Both the position numbers and the translations under genes were made by a program. From positions 1 to 64,000 of the forward strand of contig NIVC01001661.1 of NCBI GenBank assembly GCA_002269645.1: a DNA stretch of 64,000 bases, written 5' to 3'. Shown here piece after piece: positions 45,682 through 58,276 of the stretch. Every line of letters begins with the position of its first letter. Position 1 is the first letter of the stretch. This DNA comes from Macrostomum lignano. Lineage: Eukaryota. The notes beneath the pieces were generated by a model. The model ran no database searches. It was not told the origin of the DNA and saw only the letters and a list, made by a program, of their open reading frames with translations.

Positions 45682-46626
45682 TCAGATCGAATAGTTCGGC
45701 CGGGCGTGTGGCGGCACGGGCGGCGGCGAGGCGGCCGCAGCCTTCAGCCAGCGCCGGACTCGGTTATTCGGCGAGTCCGCGCCTGCCGCCGTCTGGGCAG
45801 CATCGACAGCTGATGACTCCGAAGACGACTCTGAGGCGGCCGAGGCGTAGGACGAGGCGGTGTCCGAGGCTGGGTGTGGGGCGGACGGCCTGGCCGGCCG
45901 GGCCAGCCGGTCGCAAAGCTTGTCGCAAAGCAGTTCCGGCGTCAGCCAGCGCCGGGCATCGTCGCAGAGCAGGCCGCCTTCGGACAGGACGTCCAGCGTC
46001 AGACAGCAGACTTGAAGCAGGCCGAGCATGCGCTGGGCCGGCTGCCGCGGCTGCTGGACGGGGTCGGCCGGCTGCTGCCGCGCGCTGGCCCCAGAGAAGT
46101 CCAAGTCGGCGGCAGCGGCCGGCGGCGGCAATTCCTCCTCGCTGGCCGGAATGCGTAGCCGCGGCGAGGAGGCGGGCGAAAGATTCTCGGACAAGTCCGG
46201 CCGGCCCTCGCACTGCTCGTCGCTTATCGAAGGGATCAACGCGTCGGAGGCGTCGTCAGCGGTGGCAGCGACGACAGCGGCCGGAGTGTCGACAACGGCA
46301 GCAGCGGAGGCCAACGAGGATGAGGAGCTGCCGGTGACGCCCAGGCTGAGCTTGGCATTGTTGAGCTTGTCGCTCAGCCGGCCGGAGTCGCGCGAATTGG
46401 CCAGGCCGATGCTGGACGCTGTAGGCCAGTCGGACTCCGGGCCAGACTCCTGCATCAAGGTGCTGCTTAGCACGGCTGTCCTGTCGGCCAGGGCCCGGCA
46501 GTTCGGCAGCATCAGCAGCAGATCGTAGGGCGGCAGCTGCATCACGGAGGTCCGGCTGTCCTCCAGCCGGGGCTGCTCAATCTCGGCCAATTCATCGTCA
46601 CCGTAGCTGCTCTCGTGCTGAGACAT
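45682..46626 (-). CDS. Unknown acidic, Ser/Ala-rich, largely disordered protein (about 314 aa)
   Basis: Long GC3-rich ORF. Ordered-looking patches (LPPYDLLLMLPNC; LLQVCCLTLDVL...LLCDKLCD) carry no recognised domain. Confidence 0.6.
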   Translation of the reverse strand: MSQHESSYGDDELAEIEQPRLEDSRTSVMQLPPYDLLLMLPNCRALADRTAVLSSTLMQESGPESDWPTASSIGLANSRDSGRLSDKLNNAKLSLGVTGSSSSSLASAAAVVDTPAAVVAATADDASDALIPSISDEQCEGRPDLSENLSPASSPRLRIPASEEELPPPAAAADLDFSGASARQQPADPVQQPRQPAQRMLGLLQVCCLTLDVLSEGGLLCDDARRWLTPELLCDKLCDRLARPARPSAPHPASDTASSYASAASESSSESSAVDAAQTAAGADSPNNRVRRWLKAAAASPPPVPPHARPNYSI

Positions 46627-46796
46627 TTTTTGCTCACTCTTTCCAATTGTTTGCTTGTTGCCACTGAATAGACCTTGTCGCTGCACTCAACAAACCGGTG
46701 TTTGTTATCTCCGCCGTTCTCCGTGTCAATTATTTTTATTTATTGGGTTTGGGCAGAGGCGGGTGAACAAAATGGGGGGGTGGCGCTCAGCTAGTC

Positions 46797-46808
46797 AGTC
46801 ACGTGACT
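46797..46808. promoter_or_regulatory. 12-bp palindrome AGTCACGTGACT (full CLEAR consensus GTCACGTGAC)
   Basis: About 170 bp upstream of the ATG at 46626; function inferred. Confidence 0.4.
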
Positions 46809-47124
46809 CCAAGATAGTTAACAAGATGTGTACACTTTTTTAACTGATAAGAGGGGTGGGTGCCAGTGCTGCGGCGGGGTGGAGCGTAGAGAGAGTTCGT
46901 CAAAGCAAGTCAAAACTGATGAAAAACTGTTGGCTCAGCAGTGCAAGCCGTGACTCAGCCAGCCCCCACCCCATGCAGTGTGCAGGCAGCGTCCATAGAC
47001 AATTAAAAAGATAATGCACTCCTGACTGCAGCACTTGTACTTATATTCATGGCTATTAAGATTGGCTATGCATATAATCATGTTCTTAAAATTCATTACC
47101 TTGCTTAAAATTGTCTTTAATGAG

Positions 47125-48002
47125 AATCTGATGATGAGAGAAGCTGGCAGATCACAATCTGGAGATGAGGGAAGCTGGCAGATCACAATATCAGAATGAG
47201 GGAAGCTGGCAGATCACAATCTGGAGATGAGGGAAGCTGGCAGATCACAATCTGAGGATGAGGGAAGCTGGCAGATCACAATCTCCGGATGAGGGAAGCT
47301 GGCAGATCACAATCTCAGGATGAGGGAAGCTCGCAGATCACAATCTCAGGATGAGGGAAGCTCGCAGATCACAATCTCCGGATGAGGGAAGCTGGCAGAT
47401 CACAATCTCAAGATGAGGGAAGCTCGCAGATCACAATCTCAGGATGAGGGAAGCTGGCAGATCACAATCTTAGGATGAGGGAAGCTGGCAGATCACAATC
47501 TTAGGATGAGGGAAGCTGGCAGATCACAATCTCAGGATGAGGGAAGCTGGCAGATCACAATCTCAGGATGAGGGAAGCTGGCAGATCACAATCTCAGGAT
47601 GAGGGAAGCTGGCAGATCACAATCTCCGGATGAGGGAAGCTGGCAGATCACAATCTCCGGATGAGGGAAGCTGGCAGATCACAATCTCAGGATGAGGGAA
47701 GCTGGCAGATCACAATCTCGGATGAGGGAAGCTGGCAGATCACAATCTGAGGATGAGGGAAGCTGGCAGATCACAATCTCAGGATGAGGGAAGCTGGCAG
47801 ACCACAATCTGAGGATGAGGGAAGCTGACAGACCACAATCTGAGGATGAGGGAAGCTGGCAGATCACAATCTGAAGATGAGGGAAGCTGGCAGATCACAA
47901 TCTCCGGATGAGGGAAGCTGGCAGATCACAATCTCAGGATGAGGGAAGCTGGCAGACCACAATCTGAGGATGAGGGAAGCTGACAGACCACAATCTGAGG
48001 AT
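47125..48002. repeat. 31-bp minisatellite GATGAGGGAAGCTGGCAGATCACAATCTCAG, about 28 copies
   Basis: Direct reading. Confidence 0.96.
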
Positions 48003-48055
48003 GGGGGAATACATAGAACAGCTGGGCCCAGCAGTGAGCGCAGCCAGAAACTCAC

Positions 48056-48356
48056 TGCTGTCATTCAGCGCGAACCGCTGGTACGATCCTTGCACTGGCG
48101 GCCTGGCGGCGCCCCGCCTCGGCGTACTGCACAGCCGCTTGCCGTCCTGGACTCGAATCCCGCCAGCTCGCTCCTTGCCTCCGTTGTGATCGTCGCTGTC
48201 GATGGCGATGGGCGTTCGCCGGATGCCCTCGGTGGGCGAGCGCGGATCCTCGGACAGCACGCAGCCGGCGACAGGAGAGGCGGTTCCGGCAGCAGCGGCC
48301 GAGTTGGCAACCACGGACTCGTCTAGGCGATGCGATGAAGCCTGGGAGTTGCCCAT
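48056..48356 (-). CDS. Putative first coding exon MGNSQASS... (possible N-myristoylation)
   Basis: ATG-GGC start, 100 open codons, and a perfect donor A|GTGAGT at 48055. Confidence 0.4.
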
Positions 48357-48870
48357 CGTGATGAAGCATGAATGGGGAACGCTGTACTGCATCAAAATAA
48401 TACACTACTTACGTTGTTACGTAATCAGTAGTCAAATTCGTAAAATTTCGAAAAAATGGCTGTGAAATAATTTGAAAATATTTGTAAAAAACTGTATTTT
48501 TTATTCTTAAATATTAGTCGTAGCTACCATAAAAGGGGAAAACTATGCAATATTAGTACCAAGACATTAAAAACACATACAAAAACATGCGGCCCCTGAT
48601 TATTAAAAAAAAAATATATAGATATGATTAATACTGAATGGCTGAATTAAAAGTGGCCAAGGTTAAAAAAGGATAAACTGAGCGACAGGCTGGGTTCTTA
48701 GTAAAAAAGGACACACAAACAGCTAAATACTACAGGCGCCAGGCATGCAGACACAGGGCGGGTTGAAGAGTGCGAAAAGGCTGTAGAATCTGACTAGACA
48801 TTGATGGAGATCATGACAGGGAAAGACAGTTAGGGGGGCTGTGCACAGGCCAGGAAAAATGCCCAGTCCG

Positions 48871-51800
48871 TCACGGCTCGTCCAGGTCCGCGCACCGCCG
48901 CCGAATGGCCTCGGCCAGCAGCCGGTGGCCCAGCCAGTCCGCCCGAAGCCGCCGCAGGGCCGCTCCGTCCAGTCGCATCGGCTGTCCGGGCCCGGCCGCC
49001 TCGCCGCCGCTGAATTTGTCCGCATAGGGCGCGGCGGCAATGCAGGCAGCTCCAAAAGTCGGCGCCACGAGCAGCAGGTCGGCGCCAGCCAGCCGGAGGA
49101 AGACGCCTGCGCCGGCGCCGCTGCACAGCCTGGCGTGGGCGCCCGCGGCGCCGACAGGCCGACCGTCGGGCAGGCGGACCCGGCAGCAGGCGGCGCAAAC
49201 CAGGCGGCCGCAGATTAGGCAGAGGGCCGGACGGGCCGGTCCGGAAATGGCTGAGGCCGCCCGGCCGGCGCTGGAATCGGCGTCCGGGCAGCAGCGGCGA
49301 CTCAGCGGCGAGTCGAGCAGCCGCAGCAGCTCCGCGTAGTCGTCGGGCAGCGGCGCCAGCGAGCGGCTTGGAATTCCAGCTGGGCGCTTGCGGCGGCCCT
49401 CCAGCCGGGGGTCAAGGCACCAGTGGCTGGCGAGGTCGGCGGCGGCGGGCGAGGCGGCGAACAGATGGCAGGGATCGGCGGGCAGGCGGAGCAGCTCGGC
49501 AAGACGGCGAAATTCCGCCTCCTCGTCGGTGATTCCAGACTCGGGACTGGCGGCCCCGTCTCGACCGGAGAGGCAAGCGTAAAGGCGGACAGCTGAACGC
49601 AAGAATGGCGCGGCGGCTGCGCGCACGTCGGCGGCGAGCTGGGCGCCGGAGGCGGCTGGTGACGACCAGAGGCCAGCAGCGAATCTGTAGGAGGTGACCA
49701 GCTGAAAGGGATATGCAGGAATAGAATGCATTGCTAATCTAGCCCATCATGGGTGCAGGAATAGAATGGATTGCTAATCTAGCCTATCATGGATGCAGGA
49801 ATGGAATGGATTGCTAATCTAGCCTATCATGGGTGCAGGAATAGAATGGATTGCTAATCTAGCCTATCATGGATGCAGGAATAGAATGGATTGCTAATCT
49901 AGCCTATCATGGATGCAGGAATAGAATGGATTACTAATCTAGCCTATCATGGATGCAGGAATAGAATGGATTGCTAATCTAGCCTATCATGGGTGCAGGA
50001 ATAGAATGGATTGCTAATCTAGCCTATCATGGGTGCAGGAATAGAATGGATTGCTAATCTAGCCTATCATGGATGCAGGAATAGAATGGATTGCTAATCT
50101 AGCCTATCATGGGTGCAGGAATAGAATGGATTGCTAATCAAGCCTATCATGGGTGCAGGAATAGAATGGATTGCTAATCTAGCCTATCATGGGTGCAGGA
50201 ATAGAATGGATTGCTAATCTAGCCTATCATGGGTGCAGGAATAGAATGGATTGCTAATCTAGCCTATCATGGGTGCAGGAATAGAATGGATTGCTAATCA
50301 AGCCTATCATGGATGCAGGAATAGAATGGATTGCTAATCTAGCCTATCATGGGTGCAGGAATAGAATGGATAGCTAATCAAGCCTATCATGGGTGCAGGA
50401 ATAGAATGGATTGCTAATCTAGCCTATCATGGATGCAGGAATAGAATGGATTGCTAATCTAGCCTATCATGGATGCAGGAATAGAATGGATTGCTAATCT
50501 AGCCTATCATGGGTGCAGGAATAGAATGGATTGCTAATCAAGCCTATCATGGATGCAGGAATAGAATGGATTGCTAATCTAGCCTATCATGGGTGCAGGA
50601 ATAGAATGGATTGCTAATCCAGCCTATCATGGATGCAGGAATAGAATGGATTGCTAATCTAGCCTATCATGGGTGCAGGAATAGAATGGATTGCTAATCT
50701 AGCCTATCATGGATGCAGGAATAGAATGGATTGTTAATCTAGCCTATCATGGGTGCAGGAATATAATGGATTGCTAATCTAGCCTATCATGGGTGCAGGA
50801 ATAGAATGGATTGCTAATCTAGCCTATCATGGGTGCAGGAATAGAATGGATTGCTAATCTAGCCTATCATGGATGCAGGAATAGAATGGATTGCTAATCT
50901 AGCCTATCATGGATGCAGGAATAGAATGGATTGCTAATCTAGCCTATCATGGATGCAGGAATAGAATGGATTGCTAATCTAGCCTATCATGGTGCAGGAA
51001 TAGAATGGATTGCTAATCAAGCCTATCATGGATGCAGGAATAGAATGGATTGCTAATCTAGCCTATCATGGGTGCAGGAATAGAATGGATTGCTAATCCA
51101 GCCTATCATGGATGCAGGAATAGAATGGATTGCTAATCTAGCCTATCATGGGTGCAGGAATAGAATGGATTGCTAATCAAGCCTATCATGGATGCAGGAA
51201 TAGAATGGATTGTTAATCTAGCCTATCATGGGTGCAGGAATATAATGGATTGCTAATCTAGCCTATCATGGGTGCAGGAATAGAATGGATTGCTAATCTA
51301 GCCTATCATGGGTGCAGGAATAGAATGGATTGCTAATCTAGCCTATCATGGGTGCAGGAATAGAATGGATTGCTAATCTAGCCTATCATGGATGCTCCTG
51401 GTGCAAGAACCTTGACTTCACACCTGATCCAACGGAGTGTCGCCATCTGCTCCATCGGATTCGTCGCCCTCGCCCTCGTCGCAGTCGGGCAGGTCCAGAA
51501 ACACCTGCACCAGGCGGGCAGTGTAGAACAGGCGGACCAGGCAGGCCTCGGAGGCGGCGCAGACCGGGCGGTGCAGGCCACTCGAGGCCGGCAGTCGCGC
51601 AGGTACAGGTAGGGCAACAGGAAGGTGAGCACAACCAGGCTGCTCAGCAGGTCGGCATCGGCCAGGCTGAGTTGGCCGAGGCGGCGGCCACCAGCGGCCG
51701 GGAGCAGCAGCAGCAGGTGGGCCAGCGCCAGCTGCCTGGCGGCTGCGGATCTCCGGTCGGCGCTCGAACCGCCGCCGCCCTGGCCAGCTGCTGCAGGGCC

Positions 51801-52240
51801 GGCTGGCGGCGGCTGCGAACTCCGTGGGCTTCGTCGGCAGCCTCGAGCGCGTGCAGAGAGTAGGCAAGGGCCAAAGGCAGCGAGGCCAGCAGCCGCTTGC
51901 ACTGCCAGTCGGATCAGCTTTCCCCATATCGGCGCTCGGCCCGTCCGGCTCAGCATCGTCCGACATCCGCTTGTCGCAGTCAGCTGCGAGCTGCTCGATG
52001 AGGCGGAGAAGCTGGCCAGAGGAGGCAGGGACAGCATATGAGTCCAGCCAGTCGGCCTGGTCGGGCGGCCGCTCGCAGCGCACTGTGTACAGGCCGGAGA
52101 AGGCGGTCCCGATGGCCGTGCTGAGGCGCTGCTGGATGCCGGCCAAGGACACCGGGACAGGCGGGGTCCAGAATGGGGCAACGAGCCGATGCCGAATCGG
52201 GGGATTGCAAATCCGAGACATGCGGAACTGAACACTTGTC
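48871..52240 (-). CDS. UBR1: UBR1/UBR2-type E3 ubiquitin ligase (N-recognin), 3' exons only (about 52240-51424 with compensating frameshifts; 49701-48871)
   Basis: C-terminal UBR motifs LAPLPDDYAEL, PALCLICG..VC..CC, VGA..AHA..C.GAG.GVFL, APY.D and W..H....E.I. The intron CAG|GTGTGA...CCCTTTCAG keeps the frame (phase 0). UBR1 versus UBR2 cannot be resolved. Confidence 0.85.
49714..51393. repeat. 40-bp minisatellite GCAGGAATAGAATGGATTGCTAATCTAGCCTATCATGG(G/A)T, about 42 copies
   Basis: Direct reading; fills about 97% of the UBR intron. Confidence 0.98.
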
Positions 52241-52334
52241 CCGCAGAGAATCCCGGAACTCGAAAACCAGGGAAACATAAACGGAACCCACTACGGAACG
52301 AACTGAAAACTTAGATAGAAACCCGGAGCTCACA

Positions 52335-52582
52335 AATGGGAACCCAGAACGGGGAATCCAGAACGGGGAATCCAGAACGGGGAATCCAGAACGGGGAATC
52401 CCAGAGCGGGAAACCCAAAATGGGAACCCAGAACGGGGAATCCAAATGGGGAACCCAGAACGGGGAATCCAGAATGGGGAACCCAGAACGGGGAACCAGA
52501 ACGGGAACCAGAACGGGGACCCAGAACGGGGAACCCAGAACGGAGAATCCAGAACGGGGAACCCAGAACGGAGAATCCAGAA
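52335..52582. repeat. About 14-bp minisatellite CCAGAACGGGGAA(T/C), running into the gap
   Basis: Direct reading. Confidence 0.92.
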
Positions 52583-53446
52583 NNNNNNNNNNNNNNNNNN
52601 NNNNNNNNNNNNNNNNNNNNNNNNNNNNNNNNNNNNNNNNNNNNNNNNNNNNNNNNNNNNNNNNNNNNNNNNNNNNNNNNNNNNNNNNNNNNNNNNNNNN
52701 NNNNNNNNNNNNNNNNNNNNNNNNNNNNNNNNNNNNNNNNNNNNNNNNNNNNNNNNNNNNNNNNNNNNNNNNNNNNNNNNNNNNNNNNNNNNNNNNNNNN
52801 NNNNNNNNNNNNNNNNNNNNNNNNNNNNNNNNNNNNNNNNNNNNNNNNNNNNNNNNNNNNNNNNNNNNNNNNNNNNNNNNNNNNNNNNNNNNNNNNNNNN
52901 NNNNNNNNNNNNNNNNNNNNNNNNNNNNNNNNNNNNNNNNNNNNNNNNNNNNNNNNNNNNNNNNNNNNNNNNNNNNNNNNNNNNNNNNNNNNNNNNNNNN
53001 NNNNNNNNNNNNNNNNNNNNNNNNNNNNNNNNNNNNNNNNNNNNNNNNNNNNNNNNNNNNNNNNNNNNNNNNNNNNNNNNNNNNNNNNNNNNNNNNNNNN
53101 NNNNNNNNNNNNNNNNNNNNNNNNNNNNNNNNNNNNNNNNNNNNNNNNNNNNNNNNNNNNNNNNNNNNNNNNNNNNNNNNNNNNNNNNNNNNNNNNNNNN
53201 NNNNNNNNNNNNNNNNNNNNNNNNNNNNNNNNNNNNNNNNNNNNNNNNNNNNNNNNNNNNNNNNNNNNNNNNNNNNNNNNNNNNNNNNNNNNNNNNNNNN
53301 NNNNNNNNNNNNNNNNNNNNNNNNNNNNNNNNNNNNNNNNNNNNNNNNNNNNNNNNNNNNNNNNNNNNNNNNNNNNNNNNNNNNNNNNNNNNNNNNNNNN
53401 NNNNNNNNNNNNNNNNNNNNNNNNNNNNNNNNNNNNNNNNNNNNNN
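52583..53446. other. Assembly gap (864 N)
   Basis: Run of N. Confidence 1.
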
Positions 53447-53914
53447 CAATTAATAGTCAGGTCCAAATGACAATCAAATGCAGACAGCCAGCATTGTGGT
53501 GTGCAGCGCTCTGATACGGTCTGTTCGAACAATTGAAGCTTATATTCCCTAATTCGAGTTCGACTCCTTCCTGCCTTGATCTGGGCCTCGCTCCCCCAAC
53601 GGGTGTGGGTTATCTATTATACTCTGCACACAGCTTAAGTCCCCAATTATAATTGGGACCGCTTCCTATTGGCCAGGCGCCTGAGCCAATGGCAGCCAGT
53701 CGCTCAAATCCTGAACCCCGAGAAGAATGGGGCGGCTTGGCTAGGATTAGAGTGGGTGGGCACTGTGGACCTCTCTTTGTCATTGAAAATTCTATTCAAT
53801 AAGATTATTATTTCAGTAAAATTAATGAGAAGGCCGCTGACAATGAGCGGTGCGGGTAAACTCATACTGTTGAAATTAAATGAAGAAGTGGTCTCTGATT
53901 GATGGCAATAACTT

Positions 53915-54180
53915 TGAGTCAGGAATGCTTGAATTTGTGTCAGGATTGCTTGACTTTGTGTCAGGATTGCTTGAATTTGTGTCAGGAAGGCTTGAAGTTG
54001 TGTCAGGATTGCTTGACTTTGTGTCAGGATTGCTTATAATTGTGTCAGGATTGCTTATAATTGTGTCAGGAAGGCTTGAAGTTGTGTCAGGATTGCTTAT
54101 AATTGTGTCAGGATTGCTTATAATTGTGTCAGGAATGCTTGAAGTTGTATCAGGAATGCTTGAAGTTGAGTCAGGAAAGC
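53915..54180. repeat. 21-bp minisatellite GTCAGGATTGCTTGAATTTGT and variants
   Basis: Direct reading. Confidence 0.9.
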
Positions 54181-54227
54181 TTGATTTTCTGTGTCAAAGA
54201 TACTAAGTTTTGTGTCAGTGATTCTAA

Positions 54228-54480
54228 ACTAGTGTCAGTGATGCTAAACCAGTGTCAGTGATGCTAAACAAGTGTCAGTGCTGCTAAACCAGTGTCAGTG
54301 ATGCTAAACCAGTGTCAGTGATGCTAAACAAGTGTCAGTGCTGCTAAACCAGTGTCAGTGATGCTAAACCAGTGTCATGGATGCTAAACAAGTGTCAGTG
54401 ATGCTAAACTAGTGTCAGTGATGCTAAACTAGTGTCAGTGATGCTAAACCAGTGTCAGTGATGCTAAACCAGTGTCAGTT
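54228..54480. repeat. 20-bp minisatellite AGTGTCAGTGATGCTAAAC(C/A/T), about 12 copies
   Basis: Direct reading. Confidence 0.94.
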
Positions 54481-56544
54481 GTCAGTGACGCAGACTTTCT
54501 GTCAGAAACGTTGAACTTTTATGCCACGGATGCTATATACTTTGTTTATACGCTGACAAACTGCAGTGAGCAAGTGGAAATGAAAACAGTTTTGTGCACT
54601 GCAACTGGGACAGGACAAAAAAGCTTGCAATAGATATCTGCGTATTAAAGCGGTTTTTCACTCTGCCAGCCATGCGGTTTGCTTTCACATCAAAGTGTCT
54701 GGAAGGAACTTCAGGGAAGAGAGAGAGAGGTGGGCAATGGAGAAAGCGGAGATAGGGGAAGTGAAATGGATGCGCTGAAATGATTCCACAAGCGAGCGAG
54801 GCAGCACAAAAAGGAACCTCCCGACGCCACCTCCCCAAGCTTGGTATTCCTGTAGAAAAACTGGCCGAGAAATGATGCAGCGCATGGGGTACTATGCGGG
54901 AGGCTGCATGGGCGGTCAGGGGAGGATGATAGTGCCAGAGAGGATAAAGCATTTTCTCTGGATATCCTTCCCTCTACTTGCTTTTAGTGCAAATGAATGA
55001 AAGAGCGGCTATCAATATCCAGAGCTGCAGAGGGACATCAATGCATTGTGATCGCTATAATAGTACGAATGATGAATATTTTATGAGTCATTGTGCAGCA
55101 TGAACTGTGACCCAATCTTGAACTCTAGCGATGCAGGTTGGGAGATAAAACTCGAGATCGGAATGAAAACAAAAATAAAGTTTTTTTACAGGCATTTTCT
55201 GCCCGAGCTTGTTAATGAGAATCGTAGTGAAGTCTACAGGCTGGCTAAATTACAAACTTTTTCGGACCGATAAGGGGGTGTTTGGGCCCATTATCTGATG
55301 AGGCGTGAAGCTGAGCGGTTTTAAACCCCCCCAACCGCCAGGCGAACCGGCCCGAGTTTCTGTGTGCCGAAAAGAAGCCCGAAAAATGCCGAAAAAAAAG
55401 TTTTTAACCCACCGAAAATTGGGCGGAGCCGGGGGGGATTGCAGTTAAATACCTGCAGCCCATTGCTTCACCACTACCGAGGTTCAAGAGGGATTATAAA
55501 TCCTCGCTTCCTCTCCACCTTGCGCATTCTAAAAAGTATAATCCGAACGTTTTTCACCTTTACCTTGGATACCTTGGGCCTCGGATACCCCAAGCGATTA
55601 GATCTATTATACACTTAGTTAATAAAATAGGAAAGTTGACTCAAGAGATTATCTAATTTAATGCCAACGGACAAAACTTCTCGTTGCTAACCGAATTGAA
55701 AAAAAGAGAGTGACCCCATCAATTTCTAATCACCGTAATCTGCTTGCGCGGCAGAAGATGACTTCACCTCGGCGTCTTGCCTTCCGATGGTTGACATGCA
55801 AAGCCTTTCAAAACCTGAAATGCGTCGCAAGCAGTTTCTGGCGCCTAAACTATAAAGCCAAGCAGCAGTGCATGTTTCGCTCGAACTCTGTCTACACTTC
55901 TAGCCAAAAAAGTATGTGCATTGGCCCATCCAATTAGTAAAATAGACAGGGCGCCATCTCAGTGCTCTGCGCACATCATCCTTGTCCTGCCTGACCTCCT
56001 CAAAACCAGCTGATGAGCCCCGCCATATGCCCTCTGCCTGTCTGTTGGCTCTGTTAAAGGTGCGAAAGTAGGGAGACACAAAATTAGGGAATTCCATTCA
56101 ATAAAGCCGAGAGTTGAGCTGGATTGCGCAAGCTCAAGCAGAGGATGAGCTGCATAGGAAAAAGCCAGTTCATGTCTATCCTATCTGCATGCGCAAGCAG
56201 CGCTGCCTCAGGGGGTGGGGAGTTAGTAGACTCGGACTGCTCTGCCACAGCTTGGGCACATCCATTCAGTTGTTTTTCAACAATTGCTCAACCATAGGAA
56301 ATGGGGTGCTAAACTGTAATGCCTTGCGGTCCTCGCACGCGCGAACTTGTTGCGCAATAGGGGGGGGGGGGGTCAGCCTGCCCCGCCCATGCGATGAGCC
56401 GGAGAGGCTGAGAAACCTGCGACTGTGGCACGAGCCACCTTTGTTCGCAGGTGGGCGCAGAGCGGGTTGGGTGTAATGTGAAAGCTGGCGCTGATCAATA
56501 ACTGATGCTTGCTCTGTGCGGTCTGTCACAAAAACATAATAAAT

Positions 56545-56878
56545 CAGTCACTTTCCACCAGTCTCTCACTATCCAGTATGTCACTCTACAGGATCTCACT
56601 CTTCAGTATCTCCCTCTCCAGTATGTCACTACAGTATCTCACTCTACAGTAACTCATTCTTCAGAATCTCACTCTGAAGTATCACACTCTTAAGTATCTC
56701 GCTCTTCAGTATCTCCCTCTCCAGTATGTCATTCTACAGTAACTCATTCTTCAGTATCTCACTCTTCAGTATCTCACTCTAAAGTATCTCACTCTCCAGT
56801 CTCTCACTCTCCAGTATGTCTCTCTACAGTATCTTGCTCTCCAGTATCTCACTCTACAGTATCACAGTCTGAAGTATC
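56545..56878. repeat. Degenerate 15-bp minisatellite CAGTATCTCACTCTN
   Basis: Direct reading. Confidence 0.85.
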
Positions 56879-58221
56879 ATTTAGTGTAAAAATACTTCCG
56901 TGAACATAATCAGAGCTATAGTAATATTACATTTTGCAAGAACGAGTTTCCTCAAACATGAAATTCACTCCAAATTTCTGCAACAGCCCTACCTGTCCTT
57001 GCCTACAGCAGAATCTCACGCATCCCCCAGACGATGCAGAATCTTTCACTTCCTCTCCCAGTGGTCTCCCAGCCCCAAACTCCCATAACATCCGCTGGGA
57101 ACTGGCGCAGAAGGGCCGCTGGGGGTGAGGAAAGGGACAACTTCCCATATGCTTCAGTGGGGAGCGGCCCCTCCCACCGGACACAGGAGTCTCCCCAGTG
57201 GCCCAAGGACGGACACTTGCCATTCAAACAGGTTAATTGTCTCCAGCACCTTCCAGACGCTCGCACACGCTGCCCACGGAGGACTTGGTGGCCTCGCTCA
57301 GCTCGAAACAGCGGGGAAAATAAAATTTTTGTGCTGCTGATGAGGTGTGAAAAGTGAAGTGGATCGTGTTGGCTTGGTGCCATTTGGGACTCGGCCGGCA
57401 CAACCATAATCTGTCTGCATAATTAATGAGCTGCTCCGCTTTGGTCCCCATTTCTCAGCCTCGGGTTTTTTCAATGCTTCTCGCTACCCCTCCCCCCCCC
57501 CCTACTTTTACCTGCCAATTTCACTGGACTGGCCACTTTTGCTGAGTTACTTCTCTGGAGCGACACCTTTGAGACTGGGTGAGAAACAGATACAGTGTGA
57601 GTGAGGTAGGGAAACTGGTCTCGATTGAGAACGGTTCGGTTCGGAGTTCAAGCTGTCTCATCTTCAGGAGGTCTATATTCGCGCCCACGTATAACCCCTA
57701 GGGTGTGCGTTTGTTCGAGAGCAGGAGCTATTTAGAGCTATTCGAAGGTCAGAAGTCGAACAGACTCAAATGACACGACAATGCCTCATCCGTGAAATTG
57801 CGGATTTTGGTTGTAAACAGCTCAGTTGAGGGGTTGTACCGTGTATTTATCTTGCTCATATCTCCGCCTACCGTTTGTAGATGGGACGAGACTGACATCC
57901 AATTCAGACCGGTCTATCCAACCAATTGAATTGCGCAATCAGACAGGGGCATCAAGTGGGCATCGCCCTCCAAAGTTGTAAAGATGAAAAACAGGTTTTT
58001 GTGAAGCTGAGCTCCCAGTTGAGTAAAGGCAGTTAGTAAGATGAATGCTGCAATTGTGCTTAAAGGGAAAGTTACTTACTTAATGGAAAAGAGAAACCTA
58101 GCATAATAGGCTGCTTGCCCGACCTTCCTGTCTGTCACGACGGGGTCACCTGATCAAAGACTAATAAAAAATTGGCACGCAGACACGCTGGTGCATCAGC
58201 TCACACTGGTGAAGGACTCAC

Positions 58222-58276
58222 ACTGTAGGCTTCGGGAGATCCCGTGACTGACAGGCCGCCAGACCAATGTCGCCAT
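58222..58276 (-). CDS. Putative first coding exon MATLVWRPVSHGISRSLQ
   Basis: AAGATGGCG start context and donor T|GTGAGT; partner exons not established. Confidence 0.3.

Noticed and set aside
51980-53532. ORFs spanning the N run
   Set aside because: Artefacts of the assembly gap.
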